From NCBI GenBank assembly GCA_963847445.1, contig CAWJZV010000045.1, positions 96,001-160,000 of the forward strand: 64,000 nt of DNA, in the 5' to 3' direction. Below, piece after piece: positions 1 through 11,700 of the stretch (its first letter is position 1; each line of letters starts with the position of its first letter). A model generated the notes under the pieces. The model did not search any database, was not told the origin of the DNA, and was given only the letters and a program-made list of their open reading frames with translations. This DNA is from an uncultured delta proteobacterium (lineage in GTDB: Bacteria; Desulfobacterota; Binatia; UBA9968). The position numbers and the translations under genes are program-made.

Positions 1-545
1 GGGATGGTCGACGAGAACATCGTCTGCACCGAGTCGATGACCAGCAGGCCGGGTTTGATCTTTTTCACATGCTCGAGAATGCGTTCCAGCGAGGTTTCGC
101 TGAGGACGAGCAGATTGGGCGCGTCGACGCCGAGCCGTTCGGCGCGCATTTTGATTTGCCGTTGGGATTCCTCGCCGGAGACGTAGAGACAGGTGAGCCC
201 TTTCTGACTGACCGCGGCGACGGCTTGGAGCAGCAGCGTCGACTTGCCGATGCCGGGATCGCCGCCGATGAGGATCACCGAGCCGGGCACCAGACCGCCG
301 CCGAGGACGCGGTCGAACTCGCCGATGCCCGACTGCACCCGGCCTTCTTCGGCGGTGTTGATGTCACCGATGGAGGTGGGTTCTTCTTTGCTGCCGAGGC
401 TCAGTTCGCCGCGGGTGGAGGTGGCTTTTTCGAAATGTTCTTCGGCAAAGGTGTTCCACTGATTGCAGTCGGGACATTTGCCCAGCCACTTGGACGATTG
501 GTAACCGCAATTCTGGCAGGCGTAGACGGACTTAGCTTTGGCCAT
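1..545 (-). CDS. radA: DNA repair protein RadA/Sms, 5' part (runs off the window)
   Basis: Manual translation MAKAKSVYACQNCGYQSSKWLGKCPDCNQWNT (C4 zinc finger), then Walker A GGDPGIGKST; absent from the ORF track. Confidence 0.93.
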   Translation of the reverse strand, partial: MAKAKSVYACQNCGYQSSKWLGKCPDCNQWNTFAEEHFEKATSTRGELSLGSKEEPTSIGDINTAEEGRVQSGIGEFDRVLGGGLVPGSVILIGGDPGIGKSTLLLQAVAAVSQKGLTCLYVSGEESQRQIKMRAERLGVDAPNLLVLSETSLERILEHVKKIKPGLLVIDSVQTMFSSTI

Positions 546-621
546 GGGAGATTTTATAGCAGGAAAGCTGGGCCCATCGCTAGGTTGATAATTGCTACGT
601 TGATGCAATAATTCGCCTTCC

Positions 622-1783
622 ATGCGCGCCGATTTCATCGCTGCCGAGTTGCAATCGGTCAAAGACGCCGGGCTCTATCGCCAGCTGCGCCTGGTGGAGC
701 GGCGATCAAGGAGCGACGTTGACGCTCGACGGTCGCGAGGTGATCAATTTCTCGTCAAACAACTATCTCGGCATCGCCAACCATCCGGCGTTGGCGGCGG
801 CGGCGAAGGCGGCGATCGACCGTTATGGCTGCGGCTCGGGAGCGTCGCGGCTGATTTCCGGCAACATGACTTTGCACGAGGAGTTGGAAGCCAAGCTCGC
901 GCAATTCAAAAGCACCGAAGCGGCTTTGGTGTTCAACTCCGGCTTTCAGGCCAACATTGGCGATTCTTTCTACGTTAGCCGGCGAAGGCGATGTGATTCT
1001 CAGCGATGCACTCAATCACGCGAGCATCATCGACGGCTGCCGGCTGTCGAAAGCGCAGACCTTGGTGTACGCGCATTGCGACCTGAATGGGCTCGAAGCT
1101 GCTCTTAAACAAGCGGCGTCGGCGCGCCGGCGCTTGATCGTGACCGAGACGATCTTCAGCATGGACGGCGATGAGGCGCCGCTCGCGGCCGATCGTCGAT
1201 CTCGCCGAGAAGTACGACGCCATGGTGATGGTCGACGAGGCCCATGGCACCGGCGTGTTCGGCGCCAACGGCGCCGGGGTGGTCGCCAAGTTGGGTTTGG
1301 CGCTCGCGAGTATTGATTCAAATGGGCACCCTGGGCAAAGCGCTGGGCGGCTTCGGCGCCTATGTCGCCGGCAGCCGGGAGTTGTGCGATTTGCTGATCA
1401 ACCGCTGCCGCAGTTTTATCTTCACGACTTCGCTGCCGCCGGCGGTGATGGCGATGGCGCTGGCGGCCATCGATCTGGTACAAAGTGAGCCGCAACGGCG
1501 CGATGCGCTGCGGCACAATTGCCAGAAGCTAAAACAGGGACTGAGCCGGCTCGGATTTGAATTAGGCAAAAGCGAGAGTCCGATCTTGCCGCTGATCGTC
1601 GGCGACGCCGCGCGCTGCATGGCTTTGTCGGCGGCGTTGCTCGACCGCGGCGTGTTCGCCCAGGGCATTCGCCCGCCGACGGTGCCGGTGGGAACTTCGC
1701 GCTTGCGCATTACGGTGATGGCGACGCATAGCGACGCGCAGATCGAGCGCGCATTGAACGTCTTCGAGGAAGTGAAACGCCGA
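622..1783 (+). CDS. bioF: 8-amino-7-oxononanoate synthase (indel-broken)
   Basis: [50 protein letters not shown] motifs across frames. Confidence 0.93.
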
Positions 1784-3146
1784 ATGGCCACGTATCACGA
1801 CAAGCTAAAACAGCTCGACCATAGCTTATCTCTGGCATCCGTTCACGCAGATGCAGGAGTGGATGAGCGAGGATCCGGTGATCATCAGCCGCGGCGACGG
1901 CCATTACTTGGTCGACGATCAAGGCCGGAAATATTTGGATGGCGTGTCGTCGCTCTGGTGCAATGTCCATGGCCATCGCAAGCAAGAATTGGACGATGCG
2001 CTCAAGGAACAGATCGATCGCTTGGCGCATTCGACCTTTCTCGGACTTAAGTCATGAACCGGGAATCAATCTGGCGCAAAAGCTCATCGAGATCGCGCCC
2101 AAGGGGTTGCAACGGGTTTTTTATTCCGACAGCGGCGCCACCGCGGTGGAGATCGCCGTGAAGATGGCGGTGCAATACTGGCAACTCAAAGGCGACACCG
2201 AGCGTGTAAGAATTGCCACGCTGGCGGAGTCCTACCACGGCGACACGGTCGGCTCCATGAGCTTGGGTTTTTCGGAAACCTTTCATCGCTATCACAAGAG
2301 TCTGTTGTTCCCGGTGATACGCATCACGCCGCCCCATGTGTTCGCTATTACCAGCGCATGAGCGAAGCCGATGCCCTGGCGGCGGCGATCAAGGATGCCA
2401 CGGAAAAACTCGCCGAACATGGACACAACGCTGGCGGCTGTGGCGATGGAGCCGCTCATGCAGGGGGCGGCGGGCATGTGGGCGCAGCCGGTGGCGTATT
2501 TGCAGGCGATCCGCGAGCTGTGCCGCAGCCATGGGATTCTATTCATTGTCGACGAGGTCGCCACCGGCTTTGGCCGCACCGGAAAGATGTTCGCGTGCGA
2601 CCATGCCGGCGTGACGCCGGATATTCTCTGTGTCGCCAAAGGCATCACCGGCGGTTATTTGCCGCTGGCGGCGACGCTTACCACCGAGGCTGTCTTCGCG
2701 GCGTTTCTCGGCGACTACAAAGATTTCAAAACTTTCTTTCACGGCCACACCTATACCGGCAATCCGCTCGGCTGCGCCGTGGCCATCGCCAATCTCGAAC
2801 TGTTCGCCAAAGAAAATATCGTCGAGAAAATGCAGCCGCGTGTATCGATGTTGCAGCAGCGCTTGCGCGACGAGTTTCTGCCGCTCGCCCATGTCAGCGA
2901 TATCCGCCAGTGGGGCTACATGATCGGCATCGAGTTGGTCGCACGACAAGGCGAGCCGGCAAGAGCTACCCGGCGGAGATGCGCGTCGGCCATCAAGTGA
3001 TTCTCGAAGCGCGCAAGCGCAGCGTGATGATCCGGCCGTTGGGCGATGTGATTGTTCTGATGCCGCCGTTGAGTATCACCGACGGCGAGCTGACGACTCT
3101 GCTCGATGTGGTCTACGACTGCATCGTCAAGGTGACGGGAAACTAA
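1784..3146 (+). CDS. bioA: Adenosylmethionine-8-amino-7-oxononanoate aminotransferase (indel-broken)
   Basis: [57 protein letters not shown]. Confidence 0.93.
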
Positions 3147-3855
3147 ATGGGCCAAGCGATTTTTATCACCGGCACGGACACCGGCGTCGGCAAGACATTT
3201 TTCACCTGTGGCTTGGCGCGGTTGTTGAAGTCCTACGGCTACAGCGTCGGTGTCATGAAGCCGGCGGAAACCGGCTGCGTCATGCGCGATGGCGCGCTTT
3301 ATCCCGGAAGACGCCTGGCGTCTGAAGGAAGCGTCCGAGTGTGCCGAGCCCATTGAGCAAGATATGCCCGTACCGTTTGCCCGAACCGCTCGCGCCGAGC
3401 ATCGCCGCGGAACGCTCCGGTGTAAGAATCGACATCGACCGACTTGCTCACGGTCTTCGACGAGATCAAGGCGGCCCACGACGTTACTTTAGTCGAAGGC
3501 GCCGGCGGATTGATGGTGCCGCTCTTGCCGAGCTATACCTTCGCCGATTTCGCCCGGGTCGCCAAACTGCCGGTCATCGTCGTGGCGGCCAACAAGCTCG
3601 GTGCGATCAATCATCTGCTGCTCAGCTTGGAACATGCCAGCTGCAAAGATTTGACCTTGCTCGGCTATGTTTTGAATCGACTGTCCAATGAAGACTTCTC
3701 TCGCCGCCGACACCAATCGCGAAGTGTTGGCGGGCTTGACCGGCGTCGCTTGTCTCGGTGAGTTGCCGTTCCAAGAACCGGACGCTGCATTGGCCAATTT
3801 GTTCGAAGCGGAAATTGATTTTCGAACCATCGAGTTGTGGATAGGAAAAAAATGA
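3147..3855 (+). CDS. bioD: Dethiobiotin synthase (indel-broken)
   Basis: FITGTDTGVGKT, MKPAETG, VEGAGGLMVP, LGAINH. Confidence 0.93.
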
Positions 3856-4811
3856 AGATCCGATTAAATGTTCTCACTGTCTCGCTGGTGGTTCTGCTGT
3901 CGGCATCGCTGCACGCCGCCGATAGAGTGATTATTTCTTACAGCAGCCGCAGCTACGCCTTCCTGCCGGCGCAGATCGCCGTGGCCAAAGGCTTCTTCAA
4001 GGAGGAAAATCTCGAACCGCTGCTGATCCAGATGCGCAGCCAGGTGACGGTGCCGGCGCTGCTCAGCGGCGAGGTGCATTACACGCTCAGCTTCGGCAAC
4101 ATCATCGGCAGCGCCATGACGGGATTGCCGTTTAAAATTCTCGGCGTGCTGACCGATAAGCCGCTGCATAGCATCGTCGCGCGGCCGGAGATCAAAACTA
4201 TCGCCGACCTGCGCGGCAAACGGATCGGCTCGCAGCGCATCGGCGGCTCCGATCACCTGGCGGCGGAGGCGATTCTCCAGGCCAAGGGTATCGACGTTAA
4301 AGATGTCCAATTCCTCACCCTCGGCGGCGACGAACCGGTGCGGACGGAAATGCTGCGCAAAGGGTTGGTCGACGCCATCTGTACCGTGCCGCCGGGGCCG
4401 GTGCGTTTGGCGCGCGAGGGTTACAATATTCTCGGCGGGCCCAAGGACTTGAAGATCGGTAGCCCGATCTCCGCAGTGGCGGTGACCGATACGCGTCTGA
4501 AGACGCACCGGGAAGAAACCAAACGAGTGCTGCGCGCGATGCTGCGCGGCCTGCGCGCCATGCATGAGCGGCGCGACGAAACGATCACGATCATGAGCAA
4601 GTGGTTGAGCCAAACGCCCGACGTCGCGCGCGACTCCTACGATTCGATCCTGCCCTCGTTCAGCCTCGACGGCGGCACCGTCGACAAGACCTACGAGTTC
4701 GCCATCGAGTCGCGCAAAGCGACGGTGCGAACGGATAAGCCGATCCCGTTGTCGCAGGTGCGCGATCTATCGCTCTTGCGCGAAGTGCAAAAAGAGTTGC
4801 GCATTCAATAA
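3852..4811 (+). CDS. ABC transporter substrate-binding protein, SsuA/THI5(NMT1)-like
   Basis: Signal peptide; KGFFKEENL and IKTIADLRGKRIG motifs; ATGA overlap with bioD. Confidence 0.85.
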   Translation: MKIRLNVLTVSLVVLLSASLHAADRVIISYSSRSYAFLPAQIAVAKGFFKEENLEPLLIQMRSQVTVPALLSGEVHYTLSFGNIIGSAMTGLPFKILGVLTDKPLHSIVARPEIKTIADLRGKRIGSQRIGGSDHLAAEAILQAKGIDVKDVQFLTLGGDEPVRTEMLRKGLVDAICTVPPGPVRLAREGYNILGGPKDLKIGSPISAVAVTDTRLKTHREETKRVLRAMLRGLRAMHERRDETITIMSKWLSQTPDVARDSYDSILPSFSLDGGTVDKTYEFAIESRKATVRTDKPIPLSQVRDLSLLREVQKELRIQ

Positions 4812-4901
4812 TCCCGGATTCTGCAGTTGAGAGTTCATGGCGCGGCAAGGGGCAAGCCCGCCGCACGAAGCCAATTGGCCCCTACCTCCACTTAGAATGG
4901 T

Positions 4902-5137
4902 TCAGCGAATTTTTGGGCGGGTCACATATGGTTGCCTTATGTTGACGGCGTCGCTCCACGTCTCGCCGCGCAGCGCCTGCACGATGTTGCGGGCGGCGCA
5001 CGGCAGCGACGGCTGAGCCCAAGTGCGGCGTGCGTGAACGAGGTTTGCGCTTCATTATCGAAGTGGTCCAACAGAGTCGTTGCCGCCAGCGGGCTTGGGC
5101 TCAACAACCAGGCGGCGATTAGCAAAATGACCATCAC
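4902..5137 (-). CDS. Small secreted hypothetical protein (probable indel)
   Basis: Signal-peptide-like start MMVILLIAAWLLSPSPLAA; short and without recognisable motif. Confidence 0.35.
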
Positions 5138-5241
5138 AACCCGACAGAAATAGCTCCGACCGGTAACGGCCGGGCTGGAGCTTGATCAAGCTTCGATTGC
5201 GGATTAGCTTAGTATTGGTGAACCCTAATAAGGCGGCTGAT

Positions 5242-5269
5242 TTAATCGAAAGTTCACAAAGCCGTGACA
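5242..5269 (+). promoter_or_regulatory. Pho-box-like 11-bp-periodic repeats upstream of ppk1
   Basis: TTAATC(5242), TTCACA(5253), GTGACA(5264) at exact 11-bp spacing. Confidence 0.5.
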
Positions 5270-5313
5270 AAACTATTGTTTGTTAAAAAGTAAGTTCAGC
5301 GGGTATATCATAT

Positions 5314-5400
5314 CGTCATGCCCGCGGAGGCGGGCATCCAGGCTAGATTGCGGGGATGCCCGACAGGAAAGTCTGGATTGCCGCTTTCGCGGGAAAGACG
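5314..5400. repeat. REP/RS3-like bipartite palindrome
   Basis: CGTCATGCCCGCGGAGGCGGGCATCCAG...CTGGATTGCCGCTTTCGCGGGAAAGACG inverted pair. Confidence 0.8.
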
Positions 5401-5478
5401 GAAAGGGCAGTCGGCTTCCAGTCGAGGGTTTTTTGATTTTTACGATCCGGCACCCGGCAATCTTCGGAGTAGACCGTG

Positions 5479-7571
5479 ATGGACGCAAATACCTATATCA
5501 ATCGGGAATTGTCGTGGCTGGAATTCAACCGGCGCGTGCTCGAAGAAGCCAAGGATGAGAGCGTGCCGCTGTTGGAGCGGGTGAAATTTCTGGCGATCTT
5601 CAGTTCCAATCTCGATGAGTTTTTCATGGTCCGGGTGGCCAGGCTCAAAGCCATGTTGTTCGAGGGCGATAACAGCAGCGATCCCGACGGCCTCACGCCG
5701 GCGGAGGCGCTTGACGGCGATATCGGCGCGGGTCCATGAACTGGCGGCGGAACAGCATTTATGTTTCCTCAACACGATCATGCCGCAACTGAGCGCTGAA
5801 GGAATTCATCTGGTTCGGCCCGAAGAGATGAGCGGCGAGCAAGAGCGTTTCTTGGAAGAATATTTCCTGCGCATGCTCTATCCGATTGTCACGCCGCTGG
5901 CGATCGATCCGGCCCATCCGTTTCCCTATCTCGCCAATCGCTCGCTTTGTTTGGTGGTGTCGTTGCGGCCGACTCTCGCTTCACGTCTGCCGCATACCGA
6001 CCTGTCCATCGTCCATATCCCGACCCATGTGGCGCCGCGCTTCATCGCTTTGCCGGCGCGCGAAGGACAACATGCCTTCATGCTGTTGGAAGATACCTTG
6101 CGCCACTATTTGCCGCGCCTCTATCACGGCTTTGAAATTCGCTCGTGCCACGCCATTCGGGTGACCCGGGATGCTGATTTCTTGGTTTCACGCCGGCGCG
6201 ACGAGGATCTCATGATGACCATCGAGAAAGGGGTTCGTGAGCGGCGCATGGGCGATGCGGTGCGGTTGCAATACGACCCCGATCTACCGGTCGAGACCGT
6301 CACACAATTGGTTGAGGAGCTGGAGCTCACACGCGAAGATCTCTACCCTGGAAAAGGCTTCACCGCGTTCACCGATTTGTTTCAATTATACGCCGCGGTG
6401 AATTTGCCGCGTCTCAAGGATCGGCCTCAAGCTCCGGTCCCGGTGCCAGCCTTTGAGCGCGCGCCCGATATCTGGAGCGCGATTCGCAGCGGCGACGTCT
6501 TGGCATTCCATCCTTACCAGTCCTTCGATGCGGTGGTGCGCTTTGTCGAAGAAGCGGCCAAAGACCCGAAGGTATTGGCGATCAAGATGACGCTCTACCG
6601 CGTCAGCCCGACCTCGCCGATCGCCCAAGCGCTGGCGCGCGCCGCCGAAGCCGGCAAGGAAGTATCGGTGCTGGTCGAGTTGCAAGCTCGTTTCGACGAA
6701 GAGGCCAACATCACCTGGGCGCGCGCCCTGGAAGAAGTCGGCGCCCATGTGGTTTATGGGCTGGTGGGCTACAAGACCCACTGCAAAGTCTGTTTGGTGG
6801 TGCGCCAGGAAGCCGACGGTATTCGCCGTTACTGCCATCTCGCCACGGGCAACTACAATGTCCGCACCGCCGGTGTCTATAGCGATCTCGGCTTGTTCAC
6901 CTGCCGCGAGACCTTCGGCCAAGATTTGACCGAGCTGTTTAATCTTTTGACCGGCTACACCCGGCCGCAAAAGTTTCATCATTTGTTATTGGCGCCGCTC
7001 GGTCTGCGCGAGTATTTCATCACCAGCATTCGTCGCGAGGCCGACCATGCGCGCGCCGGACAACCAGGGCGAATCATCGCCAAGGTCAACAGTTTGGTCG
7101 ATCCGTCGGTGATCGACGAACTCTACCTAGCTAGCCAAGCGGGCGTCGAAATCGATCTCATAGTCCGCGGTATGTGCAGTCTGCAGTCCTGGATTGCCGG
7201 GAATCTCCGAGCGCATCCGGGTGATCTCGATCATCGACCGCTACCTCGAACATGCGCGGATCTTTTACTTCCAAAACAACGGCAAGCCGGAGTACCTGCT
7301 GGCATCGGCGGACTGGATGCAGCGCAATTTCGATCGCCGCGTCGAGATCGCTTTCCCGGTGCTCGATGAGCAGCATCAGGCCAGGCTGAAAAAGATTTTG
7401 GAAATTCAGTTGGGCGATAACGTCAAAGGTTGGCGGATTCAGCCGGACGGCAGTTCGGTTCGGACGCCGTCGGAAGGTTCTCTCTCCGCGCGCTCCCAGG
7501 AACAGCTTTACGAATTCATCCGCGCCGAGCCAGTCGGTGCGGCGACGCGATCGCCGATTGGCATTGATTGA
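5479..7571 (+). CDS. ppk1: Polyphosphate kinase 1 (indel-broken)
   Basis: [58 protein letters not shown]. Confidence 0.96.
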
Positions 7572-7579
7572 TTTCGTGG

Positions 7580-7750
7580 GTTGCCGGTCCATTGATCACC
7601 TGAAGCGGGCCGAGGTTGGCCGCGGGTTTTAGCGTGTCCGCATTTGGAAAGAGCGCAGGGTCGAGCACCTAGCCAGCCGCGCTAACGCGCAAACCCTCTT
7701 TAAATCCTGGCAAGTCTCTCGCATCGCCCTCGTGGGCCATGACCCAATAG
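7580..7750 (-). pseudogene. Decayed internal fragment of a choice-of-anchor I gene
   Basis: Translates YWVMAHEGDARDLPGFKEGLRVSAAG*VLDPALFPNADTLKPAANLGPLQV, matching YLVMANEGDTRADWPGF...VLDPAVFPNASDIKEQRNLGRLVV of 9298-10978. Confidence 0.8.
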
Positions 7751-8099
7751 TTTCTCCGGTCTAATTTTTCGGCTATGAAAAAAATCCCATAGAAGGGTTG
7801 GAATCTACCTACCGATCGCACGGTTCGTTGCATGAACCGCAGTGCCGCTGATCATTTACAGTAGCGACATGAACTTGCCGGAAGCGAAAACTTTCCGCGC
7901 CAATTTACGCTGCGACCCGGATTCCTTTCGCGATTTGATTCAAGCTCATCATTGCGAACTATCCGTCTCGTCCTTCGCTAGCTAAGACGCCAATTAGCGG
8001 CGTCTTTTTCGACGAAATTTTACAGTGAGTTAATGACCGCGTAACCATGAACGGTGGATAGTGGCGTCGCCAGCGATACTCTGCCGCTTGCAGCGTCAG

Positions 8100-9130
8100 A
8101 TGCCGTTCAATGAAAGAGGAAGGAGAAAACCAGTGAACTTCAAGCCGGGGATACGAGTCAACGAAATTGGCACTAACAACGCTTTTGGGGATACAGTGGG
8201 GCGCAAAGCCCACGGATCGACAAAAGTTATCATCAAAAAAACCAAGCAACTTCTTCGAGTTATCCAATCAACCATCAAAGTAGATAATTGGCCCAGTCCA
8301 ACTGATTCACCACTCGTTTCGGATCCTACTTTTCTCTTCATTATTACGCCTCCTTATTCTGGATCCACCGCTCTGGCTCAAGTCTTGAACAGTGCTCACC
8401 GCAGCACTCTCATACAAAAACGGGGAGAAGGACAGTGGCTTGTTCCCGGAATGTGCCAGGCCGACCGTTGGAATCCCGATAAGTATATCGACTGGAAATC
8501 AGTAAAGGCCGTCTGGTCGTCAAGAATTCGCTTTATCGAGGAGCATGTCGGCAGAGTCAATGTTGTAATCGAGAAAAGCCCTCCGAACCTCGTAAGAACC
8601 GACAGGCTTCTCGAGACCTTTCCGAAACATAAAATCGTTGCTTTTAACCGAAACCCTTACGCAAGCTGTGCAAGCATTCTTTATCGCGCCCATGACGGCA
8701 AGAGAAAAATCCAAAGATGAGCGAACAGAAATCATCAGGAGATTAGCTGCTACGTGGGCATTTCGATCTGGTTGGTTAAAGAAGCAAATTGAGACTTACT
8801 CGCCTATCCATTTCACTTACGAGAACTTCTGCAATGATCCCGAAGCAGCAGTGAAGCGTATCACTGACCACTTTCCCGAACTGATCGGAATCGACACGAC
8901 AAGAGCAATAAAAGTCAAAGATTACCGGCTGCAGGGAATATCAAATCAAAATGAGCGGCAAATTGGCAACCTCTCGCGAATCGGAACGATCTGTGATTGG
9001 TGCAGCGTTGAGTTCTCACGAAGAACTGCTGCAGTTTTTTGGTTATACGAGCGAATGGGAAAAAGATGTCGAACAAGGCGGTGCAGACCAACCTTCGACG
9101 CGTCGCGGGAACGACCGAGCCGCGGCCTGA
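8100..9130 (+). CDS. Sulfotransferase family protein (low GC, indel-broken; start uncertain)
   Basis: FIITPPYSGSTAL (PAPS 5'-PSB-like loop), IEKSPPN, RNPY, YENFCNDP. Confidence 0.75.
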
Positions 9131-9152
9131 GGTTCGAGAAAATTCGTTAGCT
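9068..9152 (+). mobile_element. Degenerate attC-like site at the 3' end of the sulfotransferase
   Basis: GTCGAACAAGGCGGTGCAGACCAAC...GCGGCCTGAG...GTTAGC resembles attC ends (RYYYAAC...GTTRRRY). Confidence 0.45.
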
Positions 9153-9297
9153 CGGAAATTCGACGCGAGTGATGCCAGATTGGACTAGGGCTGTGTTTGC
9201 ATGGTCGATCGAGAGCACGATCAAGCAGGTCCGGATCAGGTGCGGCGGCGACCGTTAAGTCACTCCGCACCTGATGCCGACGTTGGCCCATAGCTCA

Positions 9298-10978
9298 TCA
9301 ATCCCCGATCACCGCGGCTGTGGCAACATTGCTCAGTTGCTTATTGATCTCGAAGATGGTCGTCGTGTTGCTAACCTCGTGGGAGACCACCAGTAACGGT
9401 TTGCCATTGGGGCTGTCGTCTTCATTGATGAACAGCACGCCTTCAGGCGAGACATCCGGCGAGATACCCGCGGTACTGGTGTTGGCGTAGTGGACGAAAA
9501 ATGGCCGGCGTGGGTCGGAGATGTCATAAGTCATAACTCCACCGGTGCGCTCCAGTCCGATAAACGCATAGGTCCGGCCGGAGACTTTACCGATCGTAAC
9601 TCCCTCCGGTTCCGGCCCCTTGTTGTCGCTGCGTGTGTTGAATGAAGTCGTGTTTCCATCGGAGTTGAACAGATCGGGAACCAGCGCTGCGGTTCGCCGT
9701 TCGAACTCATCGCCGCTATCGTAGAGCAACGTGCCATTGGTCTTGCGGATCGAGAAGGAACGCGCTCCTGACACGAAAATCTTTTCGAACTCCGTGTCGC
9801 CATCGGTGTTGCCGGTGGCATTGGTCACAACCAGCCGGCCGAGATTCCGTTGCTCCTTGATATCGGACGCATTCGGAAAGACCGCCGGGTCGAGGACGTA
9901 GCCGGCCGCGTTAACAGCCACTTCCTCGATGAACCCCGGCCAGTCTGCTCTGGTGTCGCCCTCGTTGGCCATGACCAGATAGGTATCTCCGCCCACTCGG
10001 TAGGACGCGATGCCGTCCGGCTGGTACATGCCGAACACCGGCCAGTTCTTGATATTGATGCCGTCTTTGAGCGCGCCGTTATCGACCGCGAGATCTTGGT
10101 CGCTGGCGTCCAAACCGTTTCCTGGCAGAGAATGATCTTTAAACCCAAGCCCGACGAGACGGGTGAATTTGGCTCTTTCGATATCCAGAATCGCCATGGC
10201 ATTGCTCTCCTGGAGCGTAACCCAGGCGGTTTTGGAGTCTTGCGATATGGCGATGTATTCGGGCTCCAGGTCTTGGGCCAGTGTCGCGCCCGGGCCGAAG
10301 ATGCGAATGCTCTCTGGGTTGGTCTTGGGAATCGAATCGTTGAACGTTGCGGTTCTGACATCGTCTTGGGTAAGAAACGCCGGGCCGCGGCGCATGTCGA
10401 TGATGCTAACGGTGCCTTCAGGATCGGTGTCGAGGGAACGCGGCTCAACATAGGTGCTTGGCTCGCCTTCGTTGGCGACCAACAGCCAGTGGCCGTTACG
10501 GCTGAAGACGAGCATATCGGGCAGCGCTCCGACCGTGAGTTGGTTTAAGAATATACCATCGGTATCGAAAAATTTAACCGCGCCAGGGCTGGTTTTCGGA
10601 ATGGCTTCGAGGGCGACCGCGACGACGCCGTCGTGAATGGCGATGCTGTTCGGATACTCCGACTCCCAGAGGGATGGGCGTCAACGCCGTCGGCAGATGT
10701 GGCGTACTGATGTCCAGAACATCGATACGGAAATCAGCTGCGTTGATCGCGAACAGTTTCTTTGTCGCGGGATCGTAGGCTGAGATCTCCGCTCGCGGTA
10801 GCGGGCTGCTGGGCCCCGTTGCTGTGAATCTGCCGATCTGTGTCAAGGTGATGCCATTAGATTTTTTCTCGTGATTCCCCTTCAATTTGTTCTTGTCATT
10901 GTCCGCGTGAGCCGCCGTCGGCGTCGTCACCAGCAGCGCGCCAAAGAGTAATGCATAAACGATTCTATTTGCTTTCAT
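9298..10978 (-). CDS. Secreted choice-of-anchor I family protein (alkaline phosphatase-like propeller)
   Basis: Signal peptide; AEISAYDP, VANEGEP, LEPEYI, TLQESNA, GMYQPD, RSDNKGPEPEG, GLER, SPEG motifs. Confidence 0.88.
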
Positions 10979-11140
10979 TCTGTTTCTCCTTTCTGATTTT
11001 GCTTCGGCCAGCCTTTATAAAAATTGCTCGTGACGGTCAACGCGGGTCGCTCTGTTATGCGGAGGAAAGTGGTGGATAGTGGCTGCAGCACTACTTAGGT
11101 GCGCGAATCCAACTAATGATTTCAGAGAGGTCGGTTCGTA

Positions 11141-11179
11141 TGTTGCGAAATTATGAAAATTGCATGACGAATTTGTGAG
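11141..11179 (-). promoter_or_regulatory. Pho-box-like array (4 units of 11 bp) upstream of the choice-of-anchor I gene
   Basis: Minus strand CTCACA-aattc-GTCATG-caatt-TTCATA-atttc-GCAACA. Confidence 0.62.
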
Positions 11180-11700
11180 ATTGGCAAATCCGGCCATTGA
11201 ATGCTCCCATCTCGGCTTAATCTCGCCGCGATAGCGTAGCCCAGTTTGAATAATTTTTACAAGCTTTAAACTCGCGGCACCCACATCGGCGATTTCATCA
11301 TCTATAAAGAAAGGATTGCTCGTCGAGCGCGAAGGTTCCCATGGCGATTTGAACGGCTTCAAAGCGATCTTTGAGATCGAGTTGCCAGGCGATGCGGCGG
11401 CATTCGAACGGCGCTCCACGAGATCGACGACAGAATTTCCAAGTTAGGATCGGAAAAAATGCCAAATGCCGATGGGTTAGCCAATCTCGATCTGGCCGAG
11501 GCCATCAGAGAGCGCATCGAGTATCTGAGGTCGCCGGGCAAGATCTCCGTTTAATGTCCCTCTCGGAGATGGTTGAGATCCAGCGCCCCTTCGATCCTTC
11601 GGCAAAGCTCAGGAGGGCACGGCGTATAACAGGCGAAGCGAAGTTTCGTCATGCCGGCGCAGAGCCTGCTGCGCAGCCTGCTTGGCGTAGTTCGCTTTAG

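Noticed and set aside
69-611. 180-aa plus-strand ORF
   Set aside because: Antisense shadow of radA
11015-11560. ORFs between the phosphatase-like gene and the MFS
   Set aside because: No recognisable motif; overlaps the promoter region; at most a gene remnant
11586-11620. CCCTTCGA...GCTCAGG REP-like half element
   Set aside because: Single degenerate copy, too weak to call
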